A DNA stretch of 58,138 bases, taken from Pseudomonadota bacterium. Lineage in GTDB: Bacteria > Desulfobacterota > Syntrophia > Syntrophales > UBA5619. Positions 55,843 to 58,138 of the stretch are shown in pieces. Made by a program: the position numbers and the translations under genes. The notes beneath the pieces were generated by a model that saw only the letters and a list, made by a program, of their open reading frames with translations, was not told the origin of the DNA and searched no databases. The first letter of the stretch is position 1; each line of letters begins with the position of its first letter. The stretch is from contig JAHJXP010000016.1 in assembly GCA_018827585.1 (NCBI GenBank), positions 1 through 58,138 of the forward strand, in the 5' to 3' direction.

Positions 55843-57015
55843 ATGATTGACAGGGCAATTGAACCCATTTTGAAGGAACTGGCCGGCAAGTATCCCGTTG
55901 TGACCATTACCGGACCGAGACAGAGTGGGAAGACGACCCTGTGTCGTAAAGTTTTTCCCGATATGGCTTATGCGAACCTCGAACGGCCGGATACACGCGA
56001 CTTTGCCGCAGGCGACCCCAAAGGGTTCCTGGGCAGTTATCCAGACGGGGTGATTCTCGACGAAATCCAGAGAGCGCCCCATCTGCTGTCCTATATCCAG
56101 GTCATCGTGGACGAACAGGGCATCCCCGGACGTTTCATTCTCACGGGAAGTCAGCAATTTGAAGTCCTCAACACCGTCTCCCAATCCCTGGCCGGCCGCA
56201 CGGCCTTGCTGAAGCTCCTGCCGTTCAGCATAGCGGAACTTGGCCGGCGCCATCTGACTTCCTCTCTGGACAGTCTCCTTCTGACAGGTTTCTACCCGCG
56301 GATTTATGACCGGCAGCTCGACCCTACGCAGACCCTTGGCGATTACTTTGAGACCTATGTGGAACGGGATATGCGGCAGATTGCCGCCATTAAAGACCTC
56401 GGCCTCTTTGAGAAGTTCGTTAGGCTTTGCGCCGGACGGATCGGCCAGGTCCTGAACCTGCAGAGCCTCGGCAACGATGCAGGTGTTTCTCACACCACCG
56501 CCCGTGCCTGGCTGAGTCTTCTGGAGGCCAGCTATATCCTGTTCATTCTGCCGCCCTGGTATCGGAACATTTCAAAACGCCTCGTCAAATCGCCGAAACT
56601 ATACTTCTATGATGTAGGTCTGGCGAGCTACCTCCTGGGATTGGAAAACGAACGGCACGTCAGCCGTGATCCTCTGCGGGGGAATCTATTCGAAAATCTC
56701 GTCGTCATGGAGGCTCTGAAATACCGTTATAACCGGGGCCGAAAGAGCAATCTGCACTTTTACCGCGATGCGAAAGGAAACGAGGTTGACCTGATCCTGG
56801 AAATCGGTCCTGACCTTTTTCCCATCGAAATCAAGGCTGGGGAGACCATCGCATCGGATTATTTCAAAGGGTTGAAACATTTTACAAAGGTCATCCCCGA
56901 CCTGCCCTGGGGATCCGGATTGATCTACGGCGGCCTTGAACGACAGGCGCGCAGTGATACCCGGATCTATCCCGTTTACGCCATGGAAGAGATGTTGAAC
57001 GAAATCGGGGAATAG
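55843..57015 (+). CDS. AAA+ ATPase of the AAA_14 / DUF4143 family (second intact copy)
   Basis: Walker A GPRQSGKTT, Walker B VILDEIQ, and a DUF4143-type C-terminal half (YFETYVERDMRQI...LEASYILFILPPW...SPKLYFYDVGL). Confidence 0.85.
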   Translation: MIDRAIEPILKELAGKYPVVTITGPRQSGKTTLCRKVFPDMAYANLERPDTRDFAAGDPKGFLGSYPDGVILDEIQRAPHLLSYIQVIVDEQGIPGRFILTGSQQFEVLNTVSQSLAGRTALLKLLPFSIAELGRRHLTSSLDSLLLTGFYPRIYDRQLDPTQTLGDYFETYVERDMRQIAAIKDLGLFEKFVRLCAGRIGQVLNLQSLGNDAGVSHTTARAWLSLLEASYILFILPPWYRNISKRLVKSPKLYFYDVGLASYLLGLENERHVSRDPLRGNLFENLVVMEALKYRYNRGRKSNLHFYRDAKGNEVDLILEIGPDLFPIEIKAGETIASDYFKGLKHFTKVIPDLPWGSGLIYGGLERQARSDTRIYPVYAMEEMLNEIGE

Positions 57016-57076
57016 ACAAGGCATGCGGGAGGAACCGATCACATCGGATCTCGAGATAGTCGATCGCCGGGGCGGA

Positions 57077-57740
57077 TTAGAAACCCTTTTCAGGAGTGAA
57101 CAGGCGGCGGGAGGGGATGGCCCAGATGGAAGGTTCGGCGAGTTTGAGGATCTGATCGCCCTGGTAGATCACGAGACCGCCCCGCCAGTCGCCGCCGAGG
57201 CCTGCGGCGACTTCTTTCATGGCGGTCATATCCTTTTGGGCCAGTTTCTTTCGGCCCTTGATTTCCATGCCGATGATCCCTCCCGGGGTCTGGAGCAGCA
57301 CATCCACTTCCAGACCGGAACGGGTCCGATAGAAGAAAATCTCCCCGTCGCGCCGGCTTGTTTTCATCCATTTCATCAGCTCGCCGAACACCATGGTTTC
57401 ATAGATTTCGCCCGTGGTCTCGCCGCGGAAGCCCGTCAATTGCCTTAGGATGCCCGTGTCAATCCAGTAGAGTTTGGGCGTTTTGACCGCGGAACTGGTG
57501 AGGTTGCGGTGATAGGGCTGCATCAGAATCGTTTGATAGGAAATCCGGAGATATTCGAGGTAGCGCCGGGCGGTGTCCACGCTGACGGCGGCGTCCCGGG
57601 CCAGTTCGGAATAATTGAGGAGTTTGCCGGACCGCAGCGCCGATAGACGCTGGAATTTCCGGAAAGGAACGAGGTCCGCAATCCGGGTCAGGTCCGACAG
57701 GTCTCTTTCCAGATAGGTATAGGTAAGATGGTTTATCCTG
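57077..57740 (-). pseudogene. DUF4143-type ATPase lacking its N-terminal AAA domain (5'-truncated)
   Basis: Homology to the C-terminal half of the family begins at ...HLTYTYLERDLSDLTRIADLVPFRKF... and runs to the stop at 57077. The first ~40 codons of track ORF 57077-57865 are unrelated and overlap the transposase fragment. Confidence 0.6.
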
Positions 57741-58045
57741 AAGGGTACACGAAAGACGGATTTTCGCTCTGCCCCTGGGGAGTCCCCATGAAACCAAAGG
57801 GCATCGAATATGACCGCAGAAGAACAAAGTACGCCTGCTTCAAGGGGTGCAGAAAAAAAGAACAATCAAGCCTTCCGTGTGATTATGAGAAAGAGCAATA
57901 CAAGTACGGATACACTTGCTATACCTATTTCAGTGACGGCTACCGAAAATATGGACCGGCATTACCGCACAATGCCATCTATCAAAAACTCAAACCTCTT
58001 CGCACTGGGATCGAAAGAACGTGTCCTTCCGGCAAGCCTGCGTGA
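57728..58045 (+). mobile_element. C-terminal fragment of a DDE-type transposase gene (IS4/IS5-superfamily-like, family uncertain)
   Basis: ...DGFSLCPWGVPMKPKG...YACFKGC...KYGYTCYTY...LRTGIERT... resembles the Cys-rich region and the ...RT.IER... motif near the C-terminus of DDE_Tnp_1-type transposases. The N-terminal half and inverted repeats were not seen. Confidence 0.35.
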
Positions 58046-58098
58046 AAAATCGTAACGGAGGAGGTAGCATCGGTTATCAAGCCTAAGGAGGATAACCG

Positions 58099-58138
58099 AT
58101 GGATCAGCAATTCACCCCTACAGCAAAGCCAACCATTG
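58099..58138 (+). CDS. 5' end of an unidentified ORF running off the window
   Basis: ATG (MDQQFTPTAKPTI...) preceded by AAGGAGG. The RBS lies in the loop of an 8-bp hairpin CGGTTATC / GATAACCG (58071-58098). Confidence 0.3.
   Translation, partial: MDQQFTPTAKPTI

Overview
58.1-kb chromosomal window that reads like an anaerobic Desulfobacterota genome (Syntrophia- or Geobacter-like). The taxon is inferred from gene content only. Left to right: hypF (partial) and hypE; a sigma-54 regulatory block (an HTH-less sigma-54 activator, a haem-c sensor kinase and a full NtrC-type regulator); an archaemetzincin; and a minus-strand operon joining a HybA/HybB (NrfC/NrfD)-type membrane redox module to two GcvH-fold proteins. 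A divergent operon encodes a CbcA/CbcB-like heptahaem cytochrome, a cytochrome b and a nonahaem c7-type cytochrome. Next come a HesB/IscA-like selenoprotein missed by the ORF track (in-frame UGA), tandem PilT ATPases with a pseudo-receiver, an AtoE / SDR / tungsten-AOR / MoaD-like / Fe-ADH cluster, tRNA-Ala(CGC) and a deoxyhypusine-synthase-like gene. The conserved xseA-xseB-ispA-dxs-tlyA-ispH block follows, with ispH fused to a UbiA-like membrane domain. Then an Nfu-like gene, a 57-aa ferredoxin missed by the ORF track, tmk-holB-PSP1-metG, fba-fbp and thiM-thiE. From about 47.9 kb to the window end the DNA is visibly more AT-rich and looks accessory. It holds DUF4143-type AAA+ ATPases (2 intact, 2 remnants), four toxin-antitoxin pairs (RelE/ParE-HTH, AbiEi/Eii, RHH-MazF, VapBC), gene debris (a Fic stub and an amber-mutated ECF sigma factor), a ~0.5-kb promoter-to-terminator non-coding unit with long hairpins, and an IS fragment. 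Several REP/MITE-like repeat families sit in intergenic DNA. No rRNA, CRISPR array or cas genes were seen. Coordinates of non-coding features were derived by hand and may be off by 1-2 nt.
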